The notes beneath the pieces were generated by a model. That model did not search any database and was not told the DNA's origin. It was given only the letters and a program-made list of their open reading frames with translations. This document shows positions 36,853 to 46,863 of a DNA stretch of 64,000 nt, one piece after another. Origin of the DNA: Alphaproteobacteria bacterium (lineage in GTDB: Bacteria; Pseudomonadota; Alphaproteobacteria; UBA828); NCBI GenBank assembly GCA_965221125.1, contig CBDCRW010000003.1:384001-448000 (forward strand), given 5' to 3'. How positions within the stretch are numbered: the stretch's first letter is position 1; each line of letters begins with the position of its first letter. The translations under genes and the position numbers were made by a program.

Positions 36853-38064
36853 ATGCCGGAGAAGCCCGCGAAGCTGCCGCTGCAGGGTGTGCGCGTCATC
36901 GACCTCGCGACCTTCATCGCAGGCCCGTTCACGGCCGCCGTGCTGAGCGAGTTCGGCGCCGAGGTCATCAAAGTCGAGCAGCCGGGGCTGGGCGATCCGC
37001 TCCGCAAGTTCGGCTCGCCGAGCCAGCGGGGCGACGGCTACGCCTGGCTCTCCGAGCAGCGCAACAAGAAGTCCGTCACCCTCGACCTGCGCCAGCCCGA
37101 GGGCGCGGCCCTCTTCAAGCGCCTCGTCGCCGAGGCGGACATCCTCTGCGAGAATTTCCGGCCCGGCACCATGGAGAAGTGGGGCCTCGGGCCGGAGGCG
37201 CTGAAGGCCGTGAACCCCGGCCTCGTCATGGTGCGGATCTCGGGCTACGGCCAGACCGGCCCCTACAGGGACCGCCCCGGCTTCGCCCGCATCGCGCATG
37301 CCTTCGGCGGGCTCACGCACCTCACCGGGGTTCCCGGCGGGCCGCCGCTCACGCCGGGCTCCACCTCGCTCGCCGACTATATTTCGGGCCTCTACGGCGC
37401 GGTGGGCGCGCTGCTCGCGCTCCGCAGCCGCGAGGAGGCGGGCGGACAGGTGATCGACATCGCGCTCTACGAATCGATCTTCCGCGTGCTCGACGAGATG
37501 GCGCCGCTCTACGCCGCCACCGGGTTCGTGCGCCCCCGGCTCGGGCTGATGACCAGCAACGTCTGCCCCCACGGGCACTTCGAGTGCGGCGACGGCGGCT
37601 GGGTCGCGATCGCGTGCACCAGCGACAAGATGTGGCGCCGCATGGCTACCGTGCTCGGCCGGGGCGAGTTGGGCGAGGACGAGCGCTACGCCACCAGCGC
37701 CCGGCGGGTGGAGAACCGCGACGACGTGGAGGCCATGGTCACGGCGTTCACCCTCTCGCTGCCGCGCGACAGGGTGGTGGAGACCTGCAATGCGGGCGGC
37801 GTGCCGACCTCGCCGGTCTATTCCGTCGCCGACATCTTCGAGGACCCGCAGTACCGGGCGCGGGGGACGCTGAAGGACGTGGTCGAGCCCGAGACCGGCG
37901 AGCACGTCCACGTGCCGAACGTGCTCCCCGCCCTCTCCGAGACGCCGGGGCGGATCGAGAGCCTCGGCCCCCGGCTCGGCGCGCACAACGACGAGGTGTA
38001 CGGCACCCTGCTCGGGCTCACGGACGCCGAGCGCGAGACCTTGCGCGAGAAAGGCGTGATCTGA
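36853..38064 (+). CDS. Family III (CaiB/BaiF) CoA transferase
   Basis: GAEVIKVE, RNKKSVTLDLR, ENFRPG, ISGYGQTGPY. Start 36823 or 36853. Confidence 0.9.
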   Translation: MPEKPAKLPLQGVRVIDLATFIAGPFTAAVLSEFGAEVIKVEQPGLGDPLRKFGSPSQRGDGYAWLSEQRNKKSVTLDLRQPEGAALFKRLVAEADILCENFRPGTMEKWGLGPEALKAVNPGLVMVRISGYGQTGPYRDRPGFARIAHAFGGLTHLTGVPGGPPLTPGSTSLADYISGLYGAVGALLALRSREEAGGQVIDIALYESIFRVLDEMAPLYAATGFVRPRLGLMTSNVCPHGHFECGDGGWVAIACTSDKMWRRMATVLGRGELGEDERYATSARRVENRDDVEAMVTAFTLSLPRDRVVETCNAGGVPTSPVYSVADIFEDPQYRARGTLKDVVEPETGEHVHVPNVLPALSETPGRIESLGPRLGAHNDEVYGTLLGLTDAERETLREKGVI

Positions 38065-38703
38065 ATGAAGGACCCCTGCCGGCTCTACCTGATCACGCCG
38101 CCGGAGATCGCGCTTGATGCGTTCGCACCCAAGCTCGAGGCCGCGCTCGACGCGGGCGACGTCGCCTGCCTGCAACTCAGGCTGAAGGGAGCGGACGACG
38201 ACGACGTGCGCCGCGCGGGCGAGCGGCTGCTGCCGATCTGCCAGGCGCGCGACGTGCCGCTGCTCGTCAACGACCGGCCCGATCTCGCGGCGGAGCTTGG
38301 CGCGGACGGCGTCCACGTCGGCGCCGACGACGCGGAGTACGGGCAAGCGCGCGAGACCGTGGGCGCGAACGGGACGGTGGGCGTGAGCTGCTACGATTCC
38401 CGCCACCGGGCCATGGAGGCCGCGGCGGCGGGCGCCGACTACGTCGCCTTCGGCGCCTTCTTCCCCACCGCGACCAAGACGCCGCGCGCCAGTGCGGACG
38501 TCGACCTGCTGACGTGGTGGCACACGCTGATGGTGGTGCCCTGCGTCGCCATCGGCGGCATCACGGCGGAGAACTGCGGGCCGCTGGTGGAGAACGGCGC
38601 GGATTTTCTGGCCGTGATCGGCGGCGTGTGGTCGCACCCGGAGGGGCCAGCTGCGGGCGTCGAGTCGATCAACCGCGCCATTGCCAGCGCCGGGGCGAGT
38701 TGA
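38065..38703 (+). CDS. thiE: Thiamine-phosphate synthase
   Basis: [35 protein letters not shown]; thiE-efp-suhB synteny. Confidence 0.88.
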   Translation: MKDPCRLYLITPPEIALDAFAPKLEAALDAGDVACLQLRLKGADDDDVRRAGERLLPICQARDVPLLVNDRPDLAAELGADGVHVGADDAEYGQARETVGANGTVGVSCYDSRHRAMEAAAAGADYVAFGAFFPTATKTPRASADVDLLTWWHTLMVVPCVAIGGITAENCGPLVENGADFLAVIGGVWSHPEGPAAGVESINRAIASAGAS

Positions 38704-38738
38704 TATAGCCTGCTGCCCCTCGCGAACGGCCGAATTCC

Positions 38739-39305
38739 ATGAAGATCAACGGCAACGCCATCCGCCCCGGCATGGTGATCGAGCATCAGGATCGCCTCTG
38801 GGTCGCGGTGAAGATCCAGCACACCCAGCCCGGCAAGGGCGGCGCCTACCTGCAGGTCGAGCTCAAGGACCTGCGCGACGGGACCAAGCTCAACGAGCGG
38901 TTTCGCGCGTCCGAGAACGTCGAGCGCGCGCGCCTCGACCAGAAGCAGTTCCAGTACCTCTACGAGGACGGCGACCTGCTCCACTTCATGGATCAGGAGA
39001 CCTACGAGCAGACCAGCATCGCGCGCGACATGATCGGCGAGCGCATGGTCTTCATGCACGAGGGGATGATGGTCACCATCGAGTCCCACGAGGGCGAGCC
39101 GCTCGGCGTGACGCTGCCCGACACGGTGGTGCAGACGGTCACCGAGACCGAGCCGGTGGTGAAGGGCCAGACGGCCGCGGCCTCGTACAAGCCCGCGCTG
39201 CTGGATAACGGCATCAGGATGATGGTGCCGCCGCACATCTCCGAGGGCGAGCGCATCGTCGTCAGCACCGCCGATTCGAGCTACGTCGAGCGCGCCCGCG
39301 ACTGA
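38739..39305 (+). CDS. efp: Elongation factor P
   Basis: PGKGGA, KGQTA..YKPA, 188 aa. Confidence 0.97.
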   Translation: MKINGNAIRPGMVIEHQDRLWVAVKIQHTQPGKGGAYLQVELKDLRDGTKLNERFRASENVERARLDQKQFQYLYEDGDLLHFMDQETYEQTSIARDMIGERMVFMHEGMMVTIESHEGEPLGVTLPDTVVQTVTETEPVVKGQTAAASYKPALLDNGIRMMVPPHISEGERIVVSTADSSYVERARD

Positions 39306-39364
39306 ATCATAAGTATTCGGGCGGGGCGACGCCGCTCCCCGCCCCCGACACAAGAAGACTGCCG

Positions 39365-40162
39365 ATGTCCCGCCGCTCGCCGCTCATCACGGTCATGGTG
39401 AACGCCGCCTACAAGGCGGCGCGCGACCTGGTGCGCGACTTCGGCGAGGTCGAGAACCTGCAGGTCTCGCAGAAGGGGCCGGCGGACTTCGTCTCGGCCG
39501 CGGACCACCGGGCGGAGGCGACCATCGTCGCCGAGCTGCGCCGGGCGCGGCCGCGCTTCGGCTTCCTGTTGGAGGAGAGCGGCGCGGTGGCGGGCGAGGA
39601 CAGCTCCAACCGCTGGGTCGTCGATCCGCTGGACGGCACCACCAACTTCCTGCACGGGCTGCCCCATTTCGCGATCTCCATCGGGCTGGAGCGCGACGGC
39701 AGGCCCCATGCCGGCGTGATCTACGACCCCATCCGCGACGAGGTTTTTTGGGCGGAGAACGGCGCCGGCGCCTTTCTCAACAACCAGCGGCTCAGGGTCT
39801 CGGCCCGGCGGACGCTCGCGAGCGCGCTGCTCGCGACCGGCATGCCCTTCGGCGCGCGTCCACGCTACCCGCAGCATCCCGGCATGGTGCGCCGGCTCGC
39901 CGGCCAGACCGCGGGCGTGCGCCGGACAGGCTCGACCGCGCTCGACCTCGCCTATGTGGCGGCCGGGCGGCTCGACGGGTACTGGGGCTTCGGCATGGAG
40001 CCCTGGGACCTCGCGGCCGGGATCATCATCGTGCGCGAGGCCGGCGGCATCGTCACCGAGGTCGGCGGCGGCGCGGACTCCATGACGAGCGGCGACGTGC
40101 TGGCCGCCAACGGCAACCTGCACGGCCTGCTGCGGGAGGCGCTGGCGCAATCGGACGAGTGA
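39365..40162 (+). CDS. suhB: Inositol monophosphatase SuhB
   Basis: DPLDGTTNF, WDLAAG. Confidence 0.93.
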   Translation: MSRRSPLITVMVNAAYKAARDLVRDFGEVENLQVSQKGPADFVSAADHRAEATIVAELRRARPRFGFLLEESGAVAGEDSSNRWVVDPLDGTTNFLHGLPHFAISIGLERDGRPHAGVIYDPIRDEVFWAENGAGAFLNNQRLRVSARRTLASALLATGMPFGARPRYPQHPGMVRRLAGQTAGVRRTGSTALDLAYVAAGRLDGYWGFGMEPWDLAAGIIIVREAGGIVTEVGGGADSMTSGDVLAANGNLHGLLREALAQSDE

Positions 40163-40204
40163 GGGCGGGCGGGCTGTTCAGGTTCATTTGCGGCCTGCCC
40201 GGCG

Positions 40205-40290
40205 AGGTCGGCATCGTGGCGGATGCACGCCCGCACGATTTGAGGCATAGTCGCGCTCCACGTGCCATCATGAAGGCGAGTGCCTGCACA
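40205..40290 (+). pseudogene. Tyrosine integrase C-terminal relic
   Basis: GIVADARPHDLRHS matches the HxLRH box II; no surrounding integrase ORF. Confidence 0.6.
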
Positions 40291-40535
40291 TGACAGGGGC
40301 CTGCTTGGACACCGTCTCCCACCCACCACCAACCGTTATATTCATCTCGATGATGCAACGCCGAGTCGGACCGCTGAACGTGTGGCCTTAGTGATTCAAT
40401 CGAAACTCTGCATCGGATGATGGGAGTCGTGAGAATCGGAGCAATACGCTCAAGAAAATGAATTGCATGATGACGGGGGGTGAACGGCAAGGGACTGTAG
40501 TATCGCAGACTTCTTGCCGAGGAGGGGTTGGGACT

Positions 40536-41450
40536 GTGACGAGTTTGAAAATTTACCTTGGCGACTGTCTGGACATCACATCAGACTTCGAATCTGGCTC
40601 GTTCGATCTGATATACATTGATCCACCGTTCAACACTGGGAAAGTGCAATCCCGAAAACGGCTGAAGACAGTGAGGGACGAACAGGGAGACCGCACCGGG
40701 TTCCAAGGAAAGCGATACAAGACTCAAGTACTTGGAGAGTCTTCTTTCGACGATAATTTTGATGATTTCATGACATTCATCGAACCACGGCTTAGGGAAG
40801 CACATCGTCTCTTATCGCCGCAGGGATCGTTCTTCTTCCATATAGACTACCGCGAATCCCATTACTGTAAGGTGATGCTGGACAACATTTTTGGCCGCGA
40901 GTCGTTCAAGAACGAGATCGTATGGGCATACGACTACGGCGCAAGGTCCAAGAAACGCTGGTCCGCCAAGCACGACAACATCTTTTGGTATGCCAAAGAC
41001 CCAGGCAACTATATCTATCGTTATGACGATATTGACCGCATTCCATACATGGCCCCCGGACTGGTGGGACCGGAGAAGGCCGCAAAGGGGAAGACACCGA
41101 CCGATGTATGGTGGCAGACAATCGTGAGTCCGAATGGCAAGGAGAAGACGGGATATCCGACACAGAAACCTATTGCTATTTTGAACCGCATAGTTCGGGT
41201 TCACTCAAATCCTGGCGACAGAGTGCTCGACTTCTTTGCCGGCAGCGGGACGACTGGTGAGGCAGCAGTCTGCTCAGGTCGGAATGCTGTTTTGGTGGAC
41301 AATAGCCCGGAAGCAATTCGAGTCATGAGTCGCCGGCTATCGTTCGCTTCCCCTGTAATCCACGGAGAAATACATGCCGTCGATCAAAGATCACGAAGTG
41401 AAGATACTGGCGACCTGTTCACTAACCTTGCAATCCGATTATCCAAGTGA
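40536..41450 (+). CDS. Beta-class N6A/N4C DNA methyltransferase
   Basis: DLIYIDPPF precedes YPTQKP and LDFFAGSGTT; visibly lower GC than the flanks. Start uncertain. Confidence 0.92.
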   Translation: MTSLKIYLGDCLDITSDFESGSFDLIYIDPPFNTGKVQSRKRLKTVRDEQGDRTGFQGKRYKTQVLGESSFDDNFDDFMTFIEPRLREAHRLLSPQGSFFFHIDYRESHYCKVMLDNIFGRESFKNEIVWAYDYGARSKKRWSAKHDNIFWYAKDPGNYIYRYDDIDRIPYMAPGLVGPEKAAKGKTPTDVWWQTIVSPNGKEKTGYPTQKPIAILNRIVRVHSNPGDRVLDFFAGSGTTGEAAVCSGRNAVLVDNSPEAIRVMSRRLSFASPVIHGEIHAVDQRSRSEDTGDLFTNLAIRLSK

Positions 41451-41949
41451 GGGGGACGACGCTTGGAAGGAGAGTCCATTCAACTGGATCAGGACAAGGA
41501 GATCGTCCAGGCAAAGGGGTACGATAGGAGAGAAGCTGGTATCCGGCTACTTGGCTCTGAAGGGCTTTGACGTTACGCGATCTCCCGATTCCGGCGCGGA
41601 CAGGATTGTTGGAGGAAAACGCGTTGAAATTAAGACGAGCACACTTTGGGACGTCGGCCTTTACAGGTTTCAACAAATACGTGACCAGGATTATCATTTT
41701 GCACTTTGCCTCGGTATCAGCCCCTTTGATGCTCATTGCTGGGTCGTACCCAAAGATGTTCTGCTAGAAAGTTGGGCAAGCGGAGCCGTAGGAATGACAT
41801 CACAGCATGGTGGAAGCTCCGGGACAGATACGGCATGGTTGAGTGTAAACCCTGATAATGTTCCGGAATGGTTGAGTAAGTGGGGTGGAACGCTATCAGA
41901 CGCAGTAGAGTTGATCGGTGAGATTACCGATCAGGACCGCTTGATATGA
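41374..41949 (+). CDS. Putative type II restriction endonuclease (PD-(D/E)xK)
   Basis: GEKLV...ADRIVGGKRVEIK...FQQIRDQDY; overlaps the MTase gene and shares its lower GC. Confidence 0.7.
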   Translation: MPSIKDHEVKILATCSLTLQSDYPSEGDDAWKESPFNWIRTRRSSRQRGTIGEKLVSGYLALKGFDVTRSPDSGADRIVGGKRVEIKTSTLWDVGLYRFQQIRDQDYHFALCLGISPFDAHCWVVPKDVLLESWASGAVGMTSQHGGSSGTDTAWLSVNPDNVPEWLSKWGGTLSDAVELIGEITDQDRLI

Positions 41950-42141
41950 AGACAGCAACCGAAGGGGTGGGGTAAAGAGACAAGGTCGAAATCCAGGTCG
42001 AGCGATCCGTCCAACTACTCTAACAAGATCGAATACCAAGTTGACGCTGGAACGGAAAACGAGTCGCATGTACCGGGGGACGGACATGCGGACGAACGCG
42101 GGATGACGCGGGCCACGGGTCCGCAGGGGGGATAGCCAAGT

Positions 42142-43410
42142 ATGGACATCATTCTGAAGAACGCGCTCGTCGCGCACGAGGACCAGCCCGTGCGCGCGGC
42201 CGACATCGCCATCGAGGGCGAGCGCATCGTGGCCGTCGAGCCGGGGATCACGGCCGAGGCCGGCGAGACCATCGACTGCGCGGGCCGGCTCGTCTCGGGC
42301 CCGCTGATCGACCCGCACGTCCATCTCGACGCGGTGCTGACCGCGAACCTGGAGCCCAACGTCTCAGGCACGCTGCACGAGGGCATCGCCGTCTGGGGCC
42401 GGCAGAAGAAGATCCGCGACCTCGAATCGGTCAAGGCGCGGGCGAAGCAGGCGATCGACTGGGAGATCGCGCAGGGCGCGGGCTTCATCCGCACCCACGC
42501 CGATACCTCGGACGAAGGCCAGCTCTCCATGCGGGCCCTGCTGGAGGTGAAGGACGAGGTGAGCGACCGGGTCGACCTGCAGATCGTGGCCTTCCCGCAG
42601 GACGGCATCCACTCCCACCCCGGTGGCCCGGCGCTGTTCATCCGCGCGCTCGACATGGGGCCGGACGTGATCGGCGGGATTCCGCACAACGAGGCGACGC
42701 GGGAGGCGGGCGTCGCCAGCCTCAAGCTGATCTTCGACGAGGCGGAGAAGCGCGGCCTGCTCATCGACGCGCACTGCGACGAGGTCGACGACCCCAACTC
42801 GCGCTTCACCGAGGTGATGGCGCACGAGACCTACTACCGCGGCATGCAGGGCCGGGTGACCGCGAGCCACTGCGCCGCCATGCACTCCTACGCCAACGCC
42901 TACGCCTTCCGCCTGTTCGGCTGGCTCGAGAAGGGCGGGCTCAACGTCATCGCCAACCCCTTCGACAACCTGATCCTGCTGGCGCGGGAGGATTCGTACC
43001 CGAAGCGCCGCGCGATGACGCGGGTGAAGGAGCTGTGGCAGGCCGGAATCACCGTCGGCATCGGCCACGATTCGATCATGGACCCGTGGTATCCGCTCGG
43101 GCGCGGCGACATGGTGCAGGCGGCCTCGCTCGCGCTCCACGTCTGCCAGATGTCCGGCACGGCGGAGATCGACGCCTGCTTCGACATGGTGACCTGGAAG
43201 AACGCGGAAATCCTGGCGCTGGAGGACTACGGCGTCGCGCCCGGCTGCCAAGCCGACCTCGCGGTGTTCGACGCCTCCAGCAAGGCGGACGTGCTGCGGA
43301 TCAACCCGGCGTGCACCCACGTCTTCAAGCGGGGCAGGCTGGTCGCCGCCACCACGCCGGCGAGCCGCACGGTGATGGGCGCGGCAGTCGACCTCACGCT
43401 CGGCAACTGA
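42142..43410 (+). CDS. codA: Cytosine/creatinine deaminase (CodA-like amidohydrolase)
   Basis: DPHVHLD, SGTLHEGI, QIVAFPQDG, GGIPH, HCDE, ASHC.AMHSY, GHDSIMDPWYPLG. Confidence 0.85.
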   Translation: MDIILKNALVAHEDQPVRAADIAIEGERIVAVEPGITAEAGETIDCAGRLVSGPLIDPHVHLDAVLTANLEPNVSGTLHEGIAVWGRQKKIRDLESVKARAKQAIDWEIAQGAGFIRTHADTSDEGQLSMRALLEVKDEVSDRVDLQIVAFPQDGIHSHPGGPALFIRALDMGPDVIGGIPHNEATREAGVASLKLIFDEAEKRGLLIDAHCDEVDDPNSRFTEVMAHETYYRGMQGRVTASHCAAMHSYANAYAFRLFGWLEKGGLNVIANPFDNLILLAREDSYPKRRAMTRVKELWQAGITVGIGHDSIMDPWYPLGRGDMVQAASLALHVCQMSGTAEIDACFDMVTWKNAEILALEDYGVAPGCQADLAVFDASSKADVLRINPACTHVFKRGRLVAATTPASRTVMGAAVDLTLGN

Positions 43411-43443
43411 GCGCGGCGTTTCGGTAACTCAGGAGAGACGATC

Positions 43444-45222
43444 ATGCAGACCTACAACGCGCCGCTTCGCGATATGCGCTTCGTGCTGAACGAGCTTCTG
43501 GACGTGGGCGAGATCGCCACGCTGCCCGGCTACGAGGACGCCACGCCCGACGTGATCGACGCGATGATCGAGGAGGGCGCCAAGCTCTGCGAGAACACGC
43601 TGCTGCCGCTCAACCGCGCGGCGGACGAGGAGGGCTGCCACTACGAGAACGGCGTCGTCCGCACCCCGCAGGGCTACAAGGAGGCGTACCGGACCTTCGT
43701 CGATGCCGGCTGGACCGGGGTCACCATGTCGCCGGACTACGGCGGCAAGGGGCTGCCGCAGCTCATCAGCATGGTCTTCGACGAGATGGTGTGCTCGACC
43801 AACCTCGCCTTCGGCGTCTACCCGCTGCTCTCCAACGGCGCCGCGGCGGTGATCGAGCTGCACGCGGCGGAGGCGCTCAAGCAGGCCTATCTGCCCCGCC
43901 TTGGCGACGGCACCTGGAGCGGCACCATGTGCCTGACCGAGCCCCATTGCGGCACTGACCTGGGGCTCATCCGCACGAGGGCCGTGCCAAAGGGCGACGG
44001 CCGCTACGCGCTCTCCGGCACCAAGATCTTCATCTCCGCCGGCGAGCACGACCTCACCGAGAACATCGTGCACCTGGTGCTGGCGAAGCTGCCCGACGCG
44101 CCGCCCGGCGTGCGCGGCATCAGCCTCTTCCTGGTGCCGAAGCGGACGCTCAAGGAGGACGGCACGGCGGGGCCGGCCAACGGCGTCTCCTGCGGCTCGA
44201 TCGAGGAGAAGATGGGCATCCACGGCTCGGCCACCTGCGTGATGCACTTCGAAGAGGCGGAGGGCTACCTCATCGGCCAGCCGCACAAGGGGCTGCGCTG
44301 CATGTTCACGATGATGAACGGCGCGCGTCTCGGCGTCGGCCTCCAGGGCCTGGGGCTCGGCGAGACCGCCTACCAGAGCGCGGCGGCCTACGCCAAGGAC
44401 CGCCGCCAGGGGCGCGGGCTCAAGGGCGCGGAAGAGCCGGAGGCCTCGGCGGACCCCATCATCGTCCACCCGGACGTGCGCCGCATGCTGCTCACCCAGC
44501 GCGCGCTCAACGAGGGCGCGCGGGCGCTCGCCTACTGGACCGCGCTGCAGCTCGACATCTCGCGCAGCCACGAGGACGCGTCCGTGCGCGAGGACGCGGA
44601 CGAGCTGGTGCAGCTCATGACGCCGATCATCAAGGCCTTCTTCACCGACTACGGCTTCGAGGCCACCAACCTCGCGGTGCAAGTGCACGGCGGCCACGGC
44701 TACATCCGCGAGCACGGCATGGAGCAGCTCGTGCGGGATGCGCGGATCAGCCAGATCTACGAGGGCGCGAACGGCATCCAGGCGCTCGACCTGGTGGGGC
44801 GCAAGCTGCCGCGTCGGGCCGGGCGCTACCTGCGCCACTTCTTCCACCCCGCCGTCGCCTTCATCGAGGAGAACAAGGACGACCCGGAGCTGGCGGATAT
44901 CGTGGGGCCCGTCGGCAAGGCGCTCGGCAAGCTGCAGACCGCGACGCTGGTCGTCGCCCAGCGGGGGCTGGGCGACCCCGAGGAGGCCGGTGCCGCGGCG
45001 TCCGACTACCTGCGGATGTTCGGGCTGGTGGCGGTCGGCTACATGTGGTGCCAGATGGCGAAGCTCGCCCGCGACAAGCGGAACGGCGACGCCTTCTACG
45101 ACACCAAGCTCAAGACCGCCCGCTTCTACGTGCAGAAGGTCCTGCCGGATTCCGCCGGGCTCTTCCTCAAGATCATGGCGGGCAAGGGCACCGTCATGGC
45201 CCACGGCGCCGAGGAGTTCTGA
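43444..45222 (+). CDS. Long (about 590 aa) acyl-CoA dehydrogenase
   Basis: YNAPLRDMRFVL, MCLTEPHCGTDL, KMGIHGSAT, GGHGYI, IYEGANGIQ. Confidence 0.93.
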   Translation: MQTYNAPLRDMRFVLNELLDVGEIATLPGYEDATPDVIDAMIEEGAKLCENTLLPLNRAADEEGCHYENGVVRTPQGYKEAYRTFVDAGWTGVTMSPDYGGKGLPQLISMVFDEMVCSTNLAFGVYPLLSNGAAAVIELHAAEALKQAYLPRLGDGTWSGTMCLTEPHCGTDLGLIRTRAVPKGDGRYALSGTKIFISAGEHDLTENIVHLVLAKLPDAPPGVRGISLFLVPKRTLKEDGTAGPANGVSCGSIEEKMGIHGSATCVMHFEEAEGYLIGQPHKGLRCMFTMMNGARLGVGLQGLGLGETAYQSAAAYAKDRRQGRGLKGAEEPEASADPIIVHPDVRRMLLTQRALNEGARALAYWTALQLDISRSHEDASVREDADELVQLMTPIIKAFFTDYGFEATNLAVQVHGGHGYIREHGMEQLVRDARISQIYEGANGIQALDLVGRKLPRRAGRYLRHFFHPAVAFIEENKDDPELADIVGPVGKALGKLQTATLVVAQRGLGDPEEAGAAASDYLRMFGLVAVGYMWCQMAKLARDKRNGDAFYDTKLKTARFYVQKVLPDSAGLFLKIMAGKGTVMAHGAEEF

Positions 45223-45244
45223 GGGGAGAGGCCGAGGCACGCGC

Positions 45245-46093
45245 GTGACCGAGACCCTCACCCTCGACCGGCTCGCGGGCCGGGTGGCCGACGGTGCTGT
45301 GCTGGCGCTGCCGCCGGACTATTCCTTCGTGCCGATGGCGGCGGTGCGCGCGCTGGTGCGGCGGGGCGTGCGCGCGCTCGACCTCGTCACCGTGCCGCAG
45401 GCGGGCATCGCCGCGGACCTGCTGATCGGCGCGGGCTGCGTCGCCGGCATCGAGACGGCGGCGGTGAGCCTCGGCGAGCTCGGCAACGCGCCCCGTTTCG
45501 CCGCAGCGGTGGAGGGCGGGCGGCTCGCGATCCGCGACTCCACCTGCCCCGCGATCCACGCCGCGCTGCAGGCGGCCGAGAAGGGCGTGCCCTTCATGCC
45601 GTTGCGCGGCCTCATCGGCTCGGACCTGCTGCGCGTGCGCCCGGACTGGCGGGTGATCGACAACCCGCTAGCAGACGGCGGGAGCGATCCCATCGTCCTG
45701 CTGCCGGCGCTCAGGCCCGACGTCGCGCTCTTCCACGCGCCTTGTGCGGACGAGCACGGCAACGTCTGGCTCGGCGCGCGGCGCGAGCTCGCGACCATGG
45801 CCCATGCGGCCCAAGAAACCCTCGTCACGGTCGAGGAGGTGCGGCCGGGCGACCTGCTGGCCGACGAGACGCTGGCGGCGGGCACGCTGCCCGCGCTCTA
45901 CGTCACCGCGCTGGCGGAAGCGCCGCAGGGCGCCTGGCCCCTCGGTCTCGCCGGGCGCTACGAGGCCGACCGGGAGCACCTGGCCGACTACGCCCGTCTC
46001 GCGGCGAGCGAGGATGGCTTTGCGGCCTACTGCGCCCGGCACGTGACGGGCAGGGGCACGGACGATACGACGGGGCTCATCGCCGCCGAATGA
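45245..46093 (+). CDS. Family I CoA transferase subunit A (GctA-like)
   Basis: ADLLIGAG, GVPFMP, ALRPDVALFHA, TLVTVEE. Confidence 0.85.
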   Translation: MTETLTLDRLAGRVADGAVLALPPDYSFVPMAAVRALVRRGVRALDLVTVPQAGIAADLLIGAGCVAGIETAAVSLGELGNAPRFAAAVEGGRLAIRDSTCPAIHAALQAAEKGVPFMPLRGLIGSDLLRVRPDWRVIDNPLADGGSDPIVLLPALRPDVALFHAPCADEHGNVWLGARRELATMAHAAQETLVTVEEVRPGDLLADETLAAGTLPALYVTALAEAPQGAWPLGLAGRYEADREHLADYARLAASEDGFAAYCARHVTGRGTDDTTGLIAAE

Positions 46094-46812
46094 GCCCGGA
46101 AAGATCCGCGCTCCTCATCGACGTCATCGCCGGGATGCTGGAAGGCCTTGGCCGCGTCGCGGTCGGCGCGTCCTCGCCGATCCCCGCCGCAGCCGCCATG
46201 CTCGCGCAGGCGCGGGGCGCAGGCCGGCCGGACATCAGCCTGCTCGGCGCGCAGGCCGGCAGCGATTTCACCGACGGCGGGCGGGAGCTTTTCGACCGCG
46301 CGGGCCAGGGGCGCATCGACGCCTTCTTCCTGGGCGGCGTGCAGATCGACGGCGGCGCCAACATCAACCTGATCGGCACCGGCCCGCATCCGGCGGCCAA
46401 GAAACGCTTCCCCGGCTCCTACGGCTCCGCCTACCTCTATTTCGTTGTGCCCCGCGTGATCCTGTTCCGCGTCGAGCACACGCCACGCACGCTGGTGGAC
46501 AAGGTGGACTTCGTGAGCGCGCCGGGCACGAGCCCGCCGGAGGTGTACCGGCCGGGCGGGCCCTATGCGCTGGTGACCGGGCGCTGCGTCTTCCGCTTCG
46601 ATGCGGCGCGCGGGCGCTTCCGCCTCGCCTCGCTGCATCCGTGCCACACGTTGGACGAGGTGCGCGCCACCACGGGCTTCGACTTCGACTGCGACGCAGA
46701 CCCGCCCGTGACGCCGGAGCCCGCCGCGGAGACGATGGCGCTGATCCGCGGGCCTATCGGCACCGCGCTCGCCGAAGTCTATCCCCGCTTTGTTAGATCC
46801 CTGCGGGCTTGA
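46090..46812 (+). CDS. Family I CoA transferase subunit B (GctB-like)
   Basis: FFLGGVQIDG..NINL, FPGSYGS, VDKVDF, TGFDF. Confidence 0.85.
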   Translation: MSPERSALLIDVIAGMLEGLGRVAVGASSPIPAAAAMLAQARGAGRPDISLLGAQAGSDFTDGGRELFDRAGQGRIDAFFLGGVQIDGGANINLIGTGPHPAAKKRFPGSYGSAYLYFVVPRVILFRVEHTPRTLVDKVDFVSAPGTSPPEVYRPGGPYALVTGRCVFRFDAARGRFRLASLHPCHTLDEVRATTGFDFDCDADPPVTPEPAAETMALIRGPIGTALAEVYPRFVRSLRA

Positions 46813-46863
46813 AGCCCGCCGCGCGTCTGCCATAGTCCGGCCGGCACAGAGACGGAGGCGGCG

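Noticed and set aside
36046-38064. 672-aa ORF suggesting an SDR-CoA transferase fusion
   Set aside because: The N-terminal extension is an off-frame read of the SDR gene, which has its own stop at 36778.
39319-39344. GC hairpin between efp and suhB as a terminator
   Set aside because: The stem is present but has no U-tract on either strand, so its function is unsupported.
43444-45222. Calling the acyl-CoA dehydrogenase DmdC (DMSP demethylation pathway)
   Set aside because: The family fits, but no dmdA, dmdB or dmdD genes are nearby and paralogues are common.
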